Below are positions 48,923 through 59,977 of a DNA stretch of 64,000 bases, piece by piece. The stretch is from the NCBI GenBank assembly GCA_946965045.2, contig OX337242.1, forward strand, positions 1,116,001-1,180,000, in the 5' to 3' direction. The first letter of the stretch is position 1, and every line of letters begins with the position of its first letter. This stretch comes from Epithemia pelagica (taxonomy: Eukaryota; Protista; Bacillariophyta). Both the position numbers and the translations under genes were made by a program. The notes below the pieces were generated by a model. That model saw nothing but the letters and a program-made list of their open reading frames with translations. It made no database searches and was not told where the DNA came from.

Positions 48923-50881
48923 CTACGAGCGTCGTCGTGCTCGACCATCGGCGCTTGGATTCGTTCCCGAGGCCGATGTGTCGACTCCACCCGGGCGTGA
49001 GAGCTCGTCGTCATCATCATCGTCATCCATCATCATGTCATCGTCGTCGTCCTGACTTGCGGCTAGGGCCAAGGCAGAAATGGTCGGTGGGACTCCACCC
49101 GTTTCTTCACCCCGTGCGGCTTCTTGTGCATCCAAGAAATCGGCCGCTTCATGCCCTTGCAAAATGATTTGTTCCACGTTGGTATTGAAAGAGAGACAAT
49201 GCATACAACGAACACCCAGGAAATGCCAGCGTCGCTCATAATCCCTTTCTCCGCAGTCGTTGCAGATAATATTGACTACACGCGCCATTTCACGAGGGAC
49301 GGGTTGTAAGGCAATCCCCATGGCCAAGGCGGACCATGTAGGGGCCATTGTTTCGGGTGTTTCCGCCGTCTTTTTACAGACTGGACAACGCGTATCAAAC
49401 GACGTTAATTCTTTGAAGCAATGCCAATGAATGGCGTGACCACAGGGCATTTCATGAGATGCCTGTCGACTGCTGAACAAATCCTCTTGACAGACAGGAC
49501 ATTTGGAATTGTATTTGCCAGCCTTGCAATTGTGATCGTCAAATTGAAGAATGTCAATACACATGCCACAATCGTTGCAATGACGAAAATTCTCACGACC
49601 ACCCACTCGACAAAAGCCACATGCTGTACAATGGTACGGAGATTCGGCATTTGACATCCATAAATTGCAAATGTTGCAGTGATACTCGCCAAAGGTTGCG
49701 CCACAAAGTTTACAGTTGTTTCTGTCAAAGAGACAGACAATTACATGAGAACGAGTTGTCATGTCATGAATGACGTTACGCAAAGAGAGTACGAGGAAAC
49801 GAACAACAAAGTTCCCCTCGTCAGAGACCTTCAGTTCGTGGAGTAATGGTACGTACGTTTTACTGGATTGTCGGGTATAGCAGTGACGACAAATGACTTC
49901 TCGAGTCGCGAATCGATCAATGAGATGATGGTTTTCTTCTTCGTCTTCAAAGGATTCATTTTCCAGCGGCATACTCCGCCGTCGTTCGTGTTTATTGGAG
50001 GATGCGACGCTTTGTTCCACAACTTGATCGGCCACCAGTCTTCCCGCAGCTCTCCGTTGTCGGATGTGAATAGGTGGAGGCAAGACGGGGCATTCATCGT
50101 GACAGATGCGACACCCAAAGGCCAAACCACAACAAGCCGCCACAATCGTACATTGACGGTCATAATGTGTACAAACAGGACGGCTTAATTCCATGAGTCG
50201 ACTGGCTTGTTCGGGATTGGCCGCAAACAGTGAACTGGCGTTGGCGGCCGCAGTGGCACGACTTTCTTCGTTCCACTCTTGCAAACTAAACGATCGACCG
50301 TGCATCTGACGATACTGACCAGCCGGAATACATCTTCTGCTACTGCTAGAAGCAAATGCACTGACGGAAGCGCCATCGGATGAAAGGTTGGGGCCATCTT
50401 CGTTACTGGTGTGGGAAACTGAAGAAGCCACGGACCGGTTGTCCTGTTGATTGTAGTCGTAGATATCTTCAGGAGTTTCACTCATGATTGCATCCCCCTC
50501 ATCATCGGAGAAGTAAGATCCTCCAGTGGCTGTAGATCGTGCCAGTTGCGTCATGTTATTGACATATTCATGTTGTTGTCGTTCCTCTTCATTCGAATAG
50601 ACACTTTCACTGTGTACCGATCTAGAGACAACGCTACTTCCCATACTGCTCCGTCGTCGACCATCCATTAGCCCTTGAATCATTTTGTTTTTCTCCTGTT
50701 GACTGATGGTGGAATCCTTCATGATGTCCTTGATCTGTTTCCGTCGAACACTCTGTTCTGTTTCGCTCATGTGGGTGGAACGAGTCAATTCGGCCGTCGA
50801 TTGTACAGAGACACCCGACGAGTTCAATGGCACACCACCACCACCTCCAAATCCTCCTCGCCTAGCGTTCGCGTCCGCCAT
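48923..50881 (-). CDS. CHY/CTCHY zinc finger-RING E3 ubiquitin ligase (Pirh2/RCHY1-like); intron 49722-49856
   Basis: CTHYDRQC...CC...CRICHD, spliced SSKT-NNCKLCG, YHCNICNLW, CGFCRVG, RING CPVCQEDLF...CGHAIH..C...CPVC and C-terminal CNDC...HFLGVRCMHCLSFNT. Confidence 0.92.
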   Translation of the reverse strand: MADANARRGGFGGGGGVPLNSSGVSVQSTAELTRSTHMSETEQSVRRKQIKDIMKDSTISQQEKNKMIQGLMDGRRRSSMGSSVVSRSVHSESVYSNEEERQQHEYVNNMTQLARSTATGGSYFSDDEGDAIMSETPEDIYDYNQQDNRSVASSVSHTSNEDGPNLSSDGASVSAFASSSSRRCIPAGQYRQMHGRSFSLQEWNEESRATAAANASSLFAANPEQASRLMELSRPVCTHYDRQCTIVAACCGLAFGCRICHDECPVLPPPIHIRQRRAAGRLVADQVVEQSVASSNKHERRRSMPLENESFEDEEENHHLIDRFATREVICRHCYTRQSSKTYVPLLHELKVSDEGNFVVRFLVLSLRNVIHDMTTRSHVIVCLFDRNNCKLCGATFGEYHCNICNLWMSNAESPYHCTACGFCRVGGRENFRHCNDCGMCIDILQFDDHNCKAGKYNSKCPVCQEDLFSSRQASHEMPCGHAIHWHCFKELTSFDTRCPVCKKTAETPETMAPTWSALAMGIALQPVPREMARVVNIICNDCGERDYERRWHFLGVRCMHCLSFNTNVEQIILQGHEAADFLDAQEAARGEETGGVPPTISALALAASQDDDDDMMMDDDDDDDELSRPGGVDTSASGTNPSADGRARRRS

Positions 50882-52276
50882 CTTCTTAGTGGTCTATGAA
50901 TAAAGGGGAAGGAGATCTGATGTATACTTCTTCACTTGACAAAGATCTGCAGCAATACCGACTGTTACGGTTTATGGTTGGAGTCCGTCATAGAACACGC
51001 CCAATGCAAAATTGAGGGGCAGTCCGCCGGCAGCAGTGTGCTCTTTTCTAGCGGTTTCTACGACAATCCTCTTCAAAGAAACAACAGTGTCACTTAGCAT
51101 TTTTTGGATCTAATAGGAAATCATAGCGCTGGAGTGTTTCGAAATAGTGACTGAAAATGTCCGATGCCATTTCATTTTCAATGTTCTAAATAAAAGCCCT
51201 CTCGTGTCCGTGAACAACCACGAAGAGCAACAGCAAGACAACAACACATCAGGATGAGATGCCAATTGACAATGGTCCACAAACTATAAACTCTAGTAAT
51301 GGTACTCCAAAGCACTCCATGTCTGACTCGCATATATGTGACACTATCATGGAAACGGACCACGAGTTGTCTCGTCAGGTGCCACCAGCACATATCTTGG
51401 GAGTGACGAGTAGATTTTTCAAGAGGCTGATGCAATAATCGGCAAAGTAAACCTCTTGGATTATCTTCGATATGAATATAAACACTATAGTGTAGCGATT
51501 TGATGCCAAAGATGCGCCAATGCATGTCAAGATGATGAAAAGGAAATCATTATTACTGCCCACAACTCTACCGTGCATCGGATGTCGTAAGGACTTCTAC
51601 TTTTCCTTGTGTCGCCTCCTTTCACTTTAGTTACGGAAAAAGAACCGGAAGGTGCTTACACAAGCAGATACCCAAAACAGACAGGCATAGTTCAAAGTTG
51701 AGAGGTATATCGTTTATCATCTGCTCCTCCAGGATGGCTGCTCCTCACCATCACTAACTGCACTCATCACTCGTCATTTTGTGAGCGCGAGCGCGGAAAT
51801 TTAGCGATATTTCGACAGGTATCTAATATTACTATTATTGCCTCTCATATGAAGAACATACAATAGTTTGGTCCATGCTGGCTGGCAGCCACTTAAATAA
51901 ATCAGAAGTAGTTACGAATATTGTATTGCTGCTCTCTACTCCGTACCACGGAGTGCGCGTTAAATATTACAAATGTGACATAGAGGAGCCTGTTGTTGGT
52001 GTGACAGCACAAGGAGACCCGGCGTCCGGCGTACATAAGTTTCATTTTATGGACTTATAGGGCATGTATACAGAATAGTAGACGAGTTGAGTGGTCGGCG
52101 CGCATCTTTTCTACTAATTGTGTGACATGCGTGACGTTCTCCTTTTGAAGGATGAGATCATCGATCATCTCTTTTCGTTTTCTCATAATTTTGGTTGTCT
52201 GAACCTGCACCTTGCGGAGACCCCAAGCCGACCCACCGCAACGAATCGAAGAAGGTTATTGAAATTGAATCTCATC

Positions 52277-53449
52277 ATGAAATTTTTGTTTTCATCGGCA
52301 ACGTTGTTTGCCTTGTTGAGTCAAGTCCCACGGACTCATGCGGTCGACGCGACGTTGATCGCGGCGCAAAACCAAGAGCATTTGCAATCAGGCGACATGG
52401 AGAAGGCCTCCATTCATCACCAGCCTTTGATCCGGAATCTCGAACATTTCTTCTCTGAATCGATTGGCTCTCTCTATAGCAAGGAGCATCCACTTTTGGA
52501 ACGTACTCTTGGTGAATATGACGAGGAAGAAGAGGAAGAAGAATACAGGAAGAAGAAGAAGACGAAGAAGGCCAAAACACCAAAGGTGAAGGCCATGAAG
52601 AAAGGAAAAGGAATGCGTTACGACGATTCAGCCATGAAGAAAGGAAAGAAAATGATGGAAAAGTCTGACAAATACTCCAAGGGCAAAGGAATGGGCAAGA
52701 AAAAAGGATATGATGACTACTCTAAGGGCAAAGGAAAGGGTTATGATGACTACACGAAGGGCAAAGGAAAGGGTTATGAAGAATACCCCAAGGGAAAAGG
52801 AAAGGGCTACTACACTCCAACGGTGAAACCAACGTCCAAGCCAACTACAAAGCCGACGCCTAAGCCAACTCCTAAACCCACACCAAAGCCAACTCCTAAA
52901 CCCACACCAAAGCCAACTCCAAAACCCACACCAAAGCCAACTCCCAAGCCGACTCCAAAACCCACACCAAAGCCAACTCCCAAGCCGACTCCAAAACCCA
53001 CACCAAAGCCAACTCCCAAGCCGACTCCAAAACCCACACCAAAGCCAACTCCCAAGCCGACTCCAAAACCCACACCAAAGCCGACTCCCAAGCCGACTCC
53101 CAAGCCCTCGCCTAAACCCACACCCAAGCCAACTCCCAAGCCCTCGCCTAAGCCAACTCCTAAACCCTCACCCAAGCCAACTCCCAAGCCCTCGCCTAAG
53201 CCAACTCCTAAACCCTCACCCAAGCCGACTCCCAAGCCCTCGCCTAAGCCAACTCCTAAACCCTCACCCAAGCCGACTCCCAAGCCCTCGCCTAAGCCAA
53301 CTCCTAAACCCTCACCCAAGCCGACCTCCAGACCCACTCCTAAACCCTCACCCAAGCCGACCTCCAAACCCACTCCAGAACCCACAAAGAAGCCATACAC
53401 GAAGAATCGTTCATACATGAAATACTCCAAGCATCCGAAGTTTTTCTAA
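52277..53449 (+). CDS. Secreted Lys/Pro/Thr-rich repeat protein, (KPTP/KPSP)n, with KGKG-Y(D/E) region; candidate biosilica/extracellular-matrix protein
   Basis: Signal peptide [22 protein letters not shown], RxL motifs (RNL, RTL), an acidic stretch, a K/G/Y-rich block and about 45 KPxP units. Confidence 0.85.
   Translation: MKFLFSSATLFALLSQVPRTHAVDATLIAAQNQEHLQSGDMEKASIHHQPLIRNLEHFFSESIGSLYSKEHPLLERTLGEYDEEEEEEEYRKKKKTKKAKTPKVKAMKKGKGMRYDDSAMKKGKKMMEKSDKYSKGKGMGKKKGYDDYSKGKGKGYDDYTKGKGKGYEEYPKGKGKGYYTPTVKPTSKPTTKPTPKPTPKPTPKPTPKPTPKPTPKPTPKPTPKPTPKPTPKPTPKPTPKPTPKPTPKPTPKPTPKPTPKPTPKPTPKPTPKPTPKPSPKPTPKPTPKPSPKPTPKPSPKPTPKPSPKPTPKPSPKPTPKPSPKPTPKPSPKPTPKPSPKPTPKPSPKPTSRPTPKPSPKPTSKPTPEPTKKPYTKNRSYMKYSKHPKFF
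52826..53390 (+). repeat. 12-nt coding tandem repeat with higher-order 36-nt and 48-nt units
   Basis: The 36-mer aaaacccacaccaaagccaactcccaagccgactcc is exact at 52921, 52957, 52993 and 53029, with a variant at 53065. A 48-nt unit starts at 53123, 53171, 53219 and 53267. Confidence 0.95.
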
Positions 53450-53815
53450 GATGATTCTCCCATTCAGCAAATGAAGCGTCCATGACACAGGATGTCGCAA
53501 GTTATTTATACAGAAAGCTTGTTCCCAGCCATGCTTTGAACAGTGTGGCTTGTTTTTTTCATGTTTGATCTCTCATGTCTTTCCGGTTATAGTTATATCA
53601 CTTTCTTTATCATTATTTAGTATACTCCTCTTTGACAATATGGACTTTCTTACTAGGAGTATTCGTTATAACTAATGGTGTTGCAAAGATTTTCTTATCG
53701 GTTACCCGATGAGGTCGACAGCATGTGTGCGAGCCTTTGGGGTAGTTTACATTAGGAGTATTTCGATGCGGACTGTTTCTCGGCGCTTTCTATGTTTTTT
53801 ATGCTCCTAGAATGG

Positions 53816-55030
53816 TTAGCTTACGATTTCACCTTTCTCGGTTCGAATACTCACATTGTAGTGCGTACGAATGGAGGTATGTGATGGTTGCCCTTGTGGA
53901 AACAGTTCTTCTTCCATGTGTGATAACTCTGCCAATATTGATTCTGAACCCTTTTTGCTGTTTGCAAACCACCGGTGGCATCGTGAAAGTACCTTGTTTC
54001 TCACACTGGCTTCGGCCCTCGTTGCCCAGACCTTGGTTTCCACAGGAATATCTGGCAGTGTGGGCCGCAAAGTTTCACCTGTGCTTTGATCGTTTTCTGC
54101 TGGGCTTGCATTGCAATCCCTTGATGTGGTGGGAAGTTGAATCGAGTCCTTGTCCTTGAGTCTGGTGGAATGACAGTCGACATCCTTCCATTGTTTGCTG
54201 GACTCGGCTCGATCGGATTGTCTCGACTTGGAGAGTTCCACATCGGAATAAAAGAGATGTGGTACCTCGCTTGGATCCAATCGTGGGATTCGTTTGAGTG
54301 AAGAAACCAGAGGATGGTGAAAGGAGACTTGTTGGTTCTGACGAGGTGGGTGTGTGGATTTGCTAAACGTGCTCGACGTCGAGGGAAAGGCGACCGAGTC
54401 AGTATTCCTGGCAGTTGGAACACTTTCTTGGGAAGCAGAGCAAGTGGTGGACGTTGTATGGGATTCAAAACTTGCACATCTTTGCATCCGTTGGACCTGT
54501 TCGATGAGAGGGATTTCGCAAATGCGTCGTCCCAACGAAGCACCTTTACCATCACGTTTCTTGTCTGGAAAATAGACAGAGCCCTTGCCACACTCGAGCA
54601 CGGTATTGAACAATACAGCCGTTTTCTCCACCACACCAGAAGAAGCATTCGTGGAGTGTTTTATCCTTGACCTCCATATGGGTTGCAGTGATTTTGCTGC
54701 TGTCGTCACCTCTGGTGTTTCTGTGGAGTCAGTGATTGAGGAAATCTCTGCCATACCGCAACGTCCATCTCGTTCCAGCCCTTCTGCAGTTGTTGCAGTC
54801 GTCAGAGAGGGTTCGTCAAAACTGGATGAGCCATGTTGCTCCTGTTCCTCATCAGATGGAGTGGTATCAGCGCATAATCGTTCCCGGACAAAACCTTGTA
54901 TTCCACTGGACGATCTATTGGTGGTTTGTATATTTTGCAAGATTCGTAGAATCTCGTTACCATGTCCCCTCCCATGCGTCTCCTTTCGTTCCTCGTCCAC
55001 CACACTCTCGGCGCTTTTCTCCATGAGCAT
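53816..55030 (-). CDS. Low-complexity Ser/Thr-rich protein of unknown function with a 'VSF...IP...LFY...EL' motif
   Basis: 404-aa ORF. QVSFHHPLVSSLKRIPRLDPSEVPHLFYSDVEL resembles the N-terminal motif of the RGLE-type family. Confidence 0.6.
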   Translation of the reverse strand: MLMEKSAESVVDEERKETHGRGHGNEILRILQNIQTTNRSSSGIQGFVRERLCADTTPSDEEQEQHGSSSFDEPSLTTATTAEGLERDGRCGMAEISSITDSTETPEVTTAAKSLQPIWRSRIKHSTNASSGVVEKTAVLFNTVLECGKGSVYFPDKKRDGKGASLGRRICEIPLIEQVQRMQRCASFESHTTSTTCSASQESVPTARNTDSVAFPSTSSTFSKSTHPPRQNQQVSFHHPLVSSLKRIPRLDPSEVPHLFYSDVELSKSRQSDRAESSKQWKDVDCHSTRLKDKDSIQLPTTSRDCNASPAENDQSTGETLRPTLPDIPVETKVWATRAEASVRNKVLSRCHRWFANSKKGSESILAELSHMEEELFPQGQPSHTSIRTHYNVSIRTEKGEIVS

Positions 55031-55460
55031 GGAGCGTTTTCTCTTGGAAGAAAATGAATGAAAGGTTGTGTCTATAGGACATCAAAGAGTATTTGGTCGT
55101 GCGTTCGTCTATCAGTTGGAAAAATGAGAAAAGTGGGACCTCAGCCCAATTTTGTGGTGCCACATCGAAAATCAAACCGAAAGAGGTTGTGAGCAATACT
55201 AGTTTTACTATTGCTCCCATGATCATTTTTTATGCCCACACCTATTGCCAGTTATGAGGACGCGCGGCGGGTACTTGATCTTTACAGAGCAAGGTATTGG
55301 CCCACAAACTCAGAGGTTGCGTGGATCTTGTCACAAGGATCGTGGCTCTTGTTCTGGCTGGCGAGATGTTGTTGTTGGCGAGAGATCCAGAATATCATAC
55401 TCTCATTCATCTTCATAATTGTATGAAAGAGAAAAGTCAGTGTTACATGAACCTGAGAGG

Positions 55461-55716
55461 ATGAAGGCCGTGTTGGTATCATGCGTTGCGCTGGCGAGCA
55501 GCGTACTGGCTCAATCCTTGGCCAGTCCGGCAAATGAAAGGGTTTCATCATCACAATGTCCCTCTGCCTGTCAGATTCAAGGAGTTCATGCGTTGTGGGA
55601 AGACGAAGAAGATCAAGCTCCAGACAAAAGTTTCTCGGGACCAATGGATCAGCCATTACACCATCGACGGCTCATGAGAGTATCCACACCAAACATGACC
55701 AACAACAGCGACAGTC

Positions 55717-55763
<47 letters not shown>

Positions 55764-58004
55764 GACGTATTACTGTTTGCATGTCGAACATTATGGGACC
55801 GTACGAGTGCCGATCTCACGGTTTTGCCCACTCACGAACTTGGATTGACGGTGCAACAAGTTCAAGCCTATGGAGAGCAGTCACTGGAGGATGGAGAATG
55901 GACTCTGTGTTACAATGGAGGACTCCCAGGGACTCAAACATTGGGGATACCATTAAAAGAGGGAGACGACAAGTCATCCCTTATTGCAATCATGACTTCT
56001 GATACACAACTGGTGACCACAAAAGAGGCCGTCAAGATCCATTCCTCCATGTTCAATTCCACTCTACGACATTTGAGATCTCCACCAGACGATCCGTATC
56101 ACCGTATAGGAAACAAAACACTCCTCGTCGTACGCATCACGACACTAGTTGGACAGGAACCATCCTCGACCAAAATAGGGCTCACGCGAGCCATGTTCGG
56201 TCCGTTGCGTCATCGCGCCGTGGAACAAGGACGTGTGAGTGTGGCAGAACAGTATTCACGTATATCGCATGGCCTCCTCAACTTTCGACCTGTTACTAAT
56301 ATTCCTGGACTGGAGCAAACTTTGGATCGTGGAGTCATGGATGTCTTCTTTAGCGGCTTTCATGGGGAGAATATTCAATCCTTGACGAAAAACTTGGTCC
56401 AAGCAACGGAACGAACATTGCAGCTCAACGCATCCCAGCAGTTGCATGACTATGCCGATCACACTATATTTTGCTTACCAGATGACGTGAACGCTCCACT
56501 CTTTGGTAGGCTTCGGGATTGGACGGCCTTTACTTATCGATACGAACCGTATAGCTTTTATCGCAAGAATCGGTGTTCCAAACTTTCCGTCGTGATGCAT
56601 GAAATTGGTCACGCCACGTTGGGGTTCCGTCACTCGGGCGCCTACAAGGCAGTTCCTACCAACGACGCCCAGGCCATGGCTGCTGCGGCCAGAAATGGTC
56701 TTGTCATGAATGGAGTTCGTGTTCAGGAAGATGAGTATGGCGATGAAACCGGTTACATGGGCTACAGTATCAATCAATTTGGTCGACCCCGCAAAGCCAT
56801 GAATGCACACAAGCATTGGTTGTCCTTATGGTACAGCAAACATGCCATGCTTCGAGTCGATCCGCTTCGCTCAGGACCGACCCAGATTGAACTCGTGGGG
56901 TACACCCAATACAACGCCTCGGAATGGACTGACGCTGTTGCGGCACAAAGAAACAAGGCTGTCTTGGTCCGAGTTGGCAATTTGTATCTGCACTATAACA
57001 GTGTCCTCAATGATGACGCCTTTAATGTGGATACGGCCTATCCCAATACCGTCACAGTGGTACAGACGATGCGAGAGGACTCGGTTTCCATGCTGGTGAG
57101 TATTTTGAACCCCGGCTCGGCACATGTTCACACCAACTTTATGGATACCGGTACCACCGTTGTCATTGCCGTGTGTCCAGTCATTCTGGCGACCATCCAT
57201 CGTCCTGCCTCGGTCATGGTCAACATTTATGTGCCTCGACCAGGTGTCACCACACCTCCCTGTCAACAACAACACCGTCCGGCGGCACGTACTCCCAGTC
57301 CGGCACGGTTTCCCCGCTCGAGTCCAACCATGGCACCCTCTCGATCTCCACCCACGCGATTTCCGACAGTTGCGCCGGTCCGAACCGCTGGTCTACCCAC
57401 CGAGTTTTTTCAAAACGATGGTCCCAACACTGAGGAGGACTTTGACGAGGATGAAATTATTTACGAACCAGAAGAACCCAATGTTCCGTTTGAACCGACC
57501 ACTGAGAATACCACAAATTTTACCAATGATTCGTCATCCTCGGCAATGTCTCCGGGTAAAAAGGCTGGAATTGTCATTGTGTCAATTCTTGGAGTGTGTG
57601 TTGGTGCAGCAGGTCTCGTCTTCTTCTTTTTGTTCTGGAAGCGAAAGCAGAAACAACGTGTCGGAATGATGGGTTCCAAGAAGCTTCCGCCTTCCGTGAC
57701 ATTGACCGAGGAAAGTGACGCAGCGGCGATAAAAACCGAGTCCGTACCTAAACAAGAATCCAGAACGACCAAGGACGTCACCACCACCACCAACAACAAC
57801 GACAAGCTCCAGGACACAAAAAAGGACGCGCCAATCATCACAAACATGGACACAGTCGACGACGACGACAACAAGATGACAGAAATCCAATTGGACGATG
57901 ATGACGATGACAATGACACGGGTCCGTTTGAACGTTACGAACCGTTTGAGGATGAAAGAGACCAGAAGAGTGATGTTTCCTCCCTCTCCTCGGCGTCCTT
58001 GTAA
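55461..58004 (+). CDS. Type-I membrane metalloprotease, gametolysin peptidase M11-like
   Basis: Signal peptide, poly-Q, VVMHEIGHATLGFRHSG, Met-turn EYGDETGYMG, P/T-rich stalk, TM (AGIVIVSILGVCVGAAGLVFFFLFW) and acidic tail. Confidence 0.88.
55716..55763 (+). repeat. (CAA)n microsatellite encoding poly-Gln in the M11 protease
   Basis: About 16 consecutive CAA codons. Confidence 0.9.
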
Positions 58005-58576
58005 AAGAGAGAGACTTTTGGAGAGTCTGTTTCTTCTATCTTTGGAACCAATGACATGGTTGCTGTATGTAATGTGATGCGAATGGAGGCGACAACCGAG
58101 TGCCGCCATGATGATTTTCAAGAGACGGACAAAAAAAACCACTTTGGAATGACACTGAACCGCAATCCATGCTGGTTTGTCGTCCTTCGTTTGCATCCAT
58201 GAGAATTCTACACATGCGCAAGCTCCTTGGAACATTTGACGGTCCAACGATAACACTAATGATAAGAATATATTCTAACGACGTTCTGTTATTCGTTTGT
58301 CTTTACAGTTTTCTGTTCCCTCCTTCCAAACGGTGGGTTGGAACACGAACAGGACACACTATAGTTACTAATCACAGGAGGCACAACCACCACCACTAGC
58401 AATGCCTTTGGGAAAACATACATCACATACAAAGAGTCGCGCGGTCCTCCGCAATTGCAACTCATAATCTTGGATAGATCCTCACTTTCTACACATGGAT
58501 GGAGCGAGAGAAAGAGAGAACAAACCTCAACCATGGCGGCTCCTCTCTGCGGGTCCCTAGGTAGTCAACCCCCCAA

Positions 58577-59977
58577 CTACGAGTGTGGTGCTGCCGATCC
58601 GGATGGACTCGACGACTCCATGGGAGGATGAGACTCCAATTGTCGGGCCGATCGCATCATGCGCTCCAACAATCGATAATCTTCCACCAAATGTTTGCTC
58701 GGACCATCCGACAATCGTCGTCGTCGTGAATTGGAGGAAGAAAAGGACATGGCTCGGCCATTGGTCGACGAGGACGATTCCACAACGACTTGTTGTTGAG
58801 AGGACTCCAACACGGTCATGGACTGGGACGATCGATAGGACCGGGAAACGGCTGCGGCCGGGGGAACATGTTGACTGGTAGATACGAGTGCACTGGGAGT
58901 AATATCCGTGACAGGCAGACTATCTTGTGTCCCCGTTACAAATTGGGATCGACGTTGACGGCTCCGATCGGCCGGCACTTGCTCGGTTGTTTCGTGCCTT
59001 ATTTCGTCGTTTGGTTCGGAAGATGGAGGAGGATCATCATCCTGTTCTTGTCGTTTCCTTTGTTGTTGCTGCAACAAAATCATGTTGCGTTGCCGATGAG
59101 TCTTGACGAGGGTGGAAGACGAAATGGCTTTGCACCGTTGATAGCGGGCCGGAAGTTTGTGATCTTGGGACAAGCTGGATTTGAGAACAGCGGCAGGCAC
59201 TTGTCCGCCACCCACGGTCGATCGACGATTGCGCATGGGAGGCGACGGAAAGGAGGAGGAGGGCGACCATGCGTCGGTAGCCGCAGCGGCGGCTGCCGAC
59301 GAAGACGAAGGCTGCGATGCGTTGCTTCGACACAAGGTCACATCGTCTTCCTCCACAGAACCATGGGTATGGTCATGGTTCTTGGTCTTGGAGGAATCTG
59401 GAAGAACCATTTTCTTGACCTCGTCCTCCGGAATGCCTTGAAACGAAGCCACATCTTTTCGTTTGCGATGCTTATTGTTGTTGCGTGGGTGTCGAGAAAC
59501 TGGCGATTCGGGACTTTGCCGGTCACTCCCTCGACGACTGGAAATTGTCGTCGTAGTGGGAATAACATGAATGGAAGGATGATCCTCGCCATCGACCGAA
59601 GAGTCCGTGGCATCCAAAAAGGGCGCATCCAATGGTCCTCCTCCTCCGTCATGTTTGGATGTCGATCGGTGATGGTGGGAAAATTCCTTGGTGTGGCTGG
59701 TACTACGAGAAGAAGCAGCAGCAAACCAATTTCGAGCATGTTGCTTGGATCCACTTGTCGTCGTCGTCGTCGTCGTCGAACCAATGGACGACCACATCCA
59801 TTGCACCCCTTGAAAGAGTTGAGAGGAATACAAGACCACCAGGAAACACAGCAGCATGGAACTTCCATGGAGCATCCACGCCGTGGATTGGTCGTCGTCA
59901 CGATCGGTGGTAGACGTAGTCACGAGAAGAAGGAGGGATTCCACCTGTTGTGTCACTTGTCCAACCAAGGATGTCAT
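58577..59977 (-). CDS. Low-complexity Ser-rich protein of unknown function with N-terminal hydrophobic segment
   Basis: 466-aa ORF with TM-like MLLCFLVVLYSSQLF. The rest is S/R/D/Q-rich and looks disordered. No recognisable domain. Confidence 0.5.
   Translation of the reverse strand: MTSLVGQVTQQVESLLLLVTTSTTDRDDDQSTAWMLHGSSMLLCFLVVLYSSQLFQGVQWMWSSIGSTTTTTTTSGSKQHARNWFAAASSRSTSHTKEFSHHHRSTSKHDGGGGPLDAPFLDATDSSVDGEDHPSIHVIPTTTTISSRRGSDRQSPESPVSRHPRNNNKHRKRKDVASFQGIPEDEVKKMVLPDSSKTKNHDHTHGSVEEDDVTLCRSNASQPSSSSAAAAAATDAWSPSSSFPSPPMRNRRSTVGGGQVPAAVLKSSLSQDHKLPARYQRCKAISSSTLVKTHRQRNMILLQQQQRKRQEQDDDPPPSSEPNDEIRHETTEQVPADRSRQRRSQFVTGTQDSLPVTDITPSALVSTSQHVPPAAAVSRSYRSSQSMTVLESSQQQVVVESSSSTNGRAMSFSSSNSRRRRLSDGPSKHLVEDYRLLERMMRSARQLESHPPMESSSPSGSAAPHS

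Noticed and set aside
48697-49026. 109-aa ORF overlapping the CHY/RING 3' end
   Set aside because: It begins in an alternative frame of a low-complexity Asp tract, with no supporting features.
48923-50881. Possible BRUTUS-like iron sensor
   Set aside because: It has the CHY-CTCHY-RING-Zn ribbon but no hemerythrin domains are evident, so only a Pirh2-like call is supported.
52826-53390. CRISPR-like array
   Set aside because: These are contiguous coding repeats without unique spacers, in a eukaryotic genome.
52810-53430. (GVGL/GEGL)n minus-strand ORF
   Set aside because: It is the reverse complement of the KPTP repeat. The plus strand has the signal peptide and complete gene structure.
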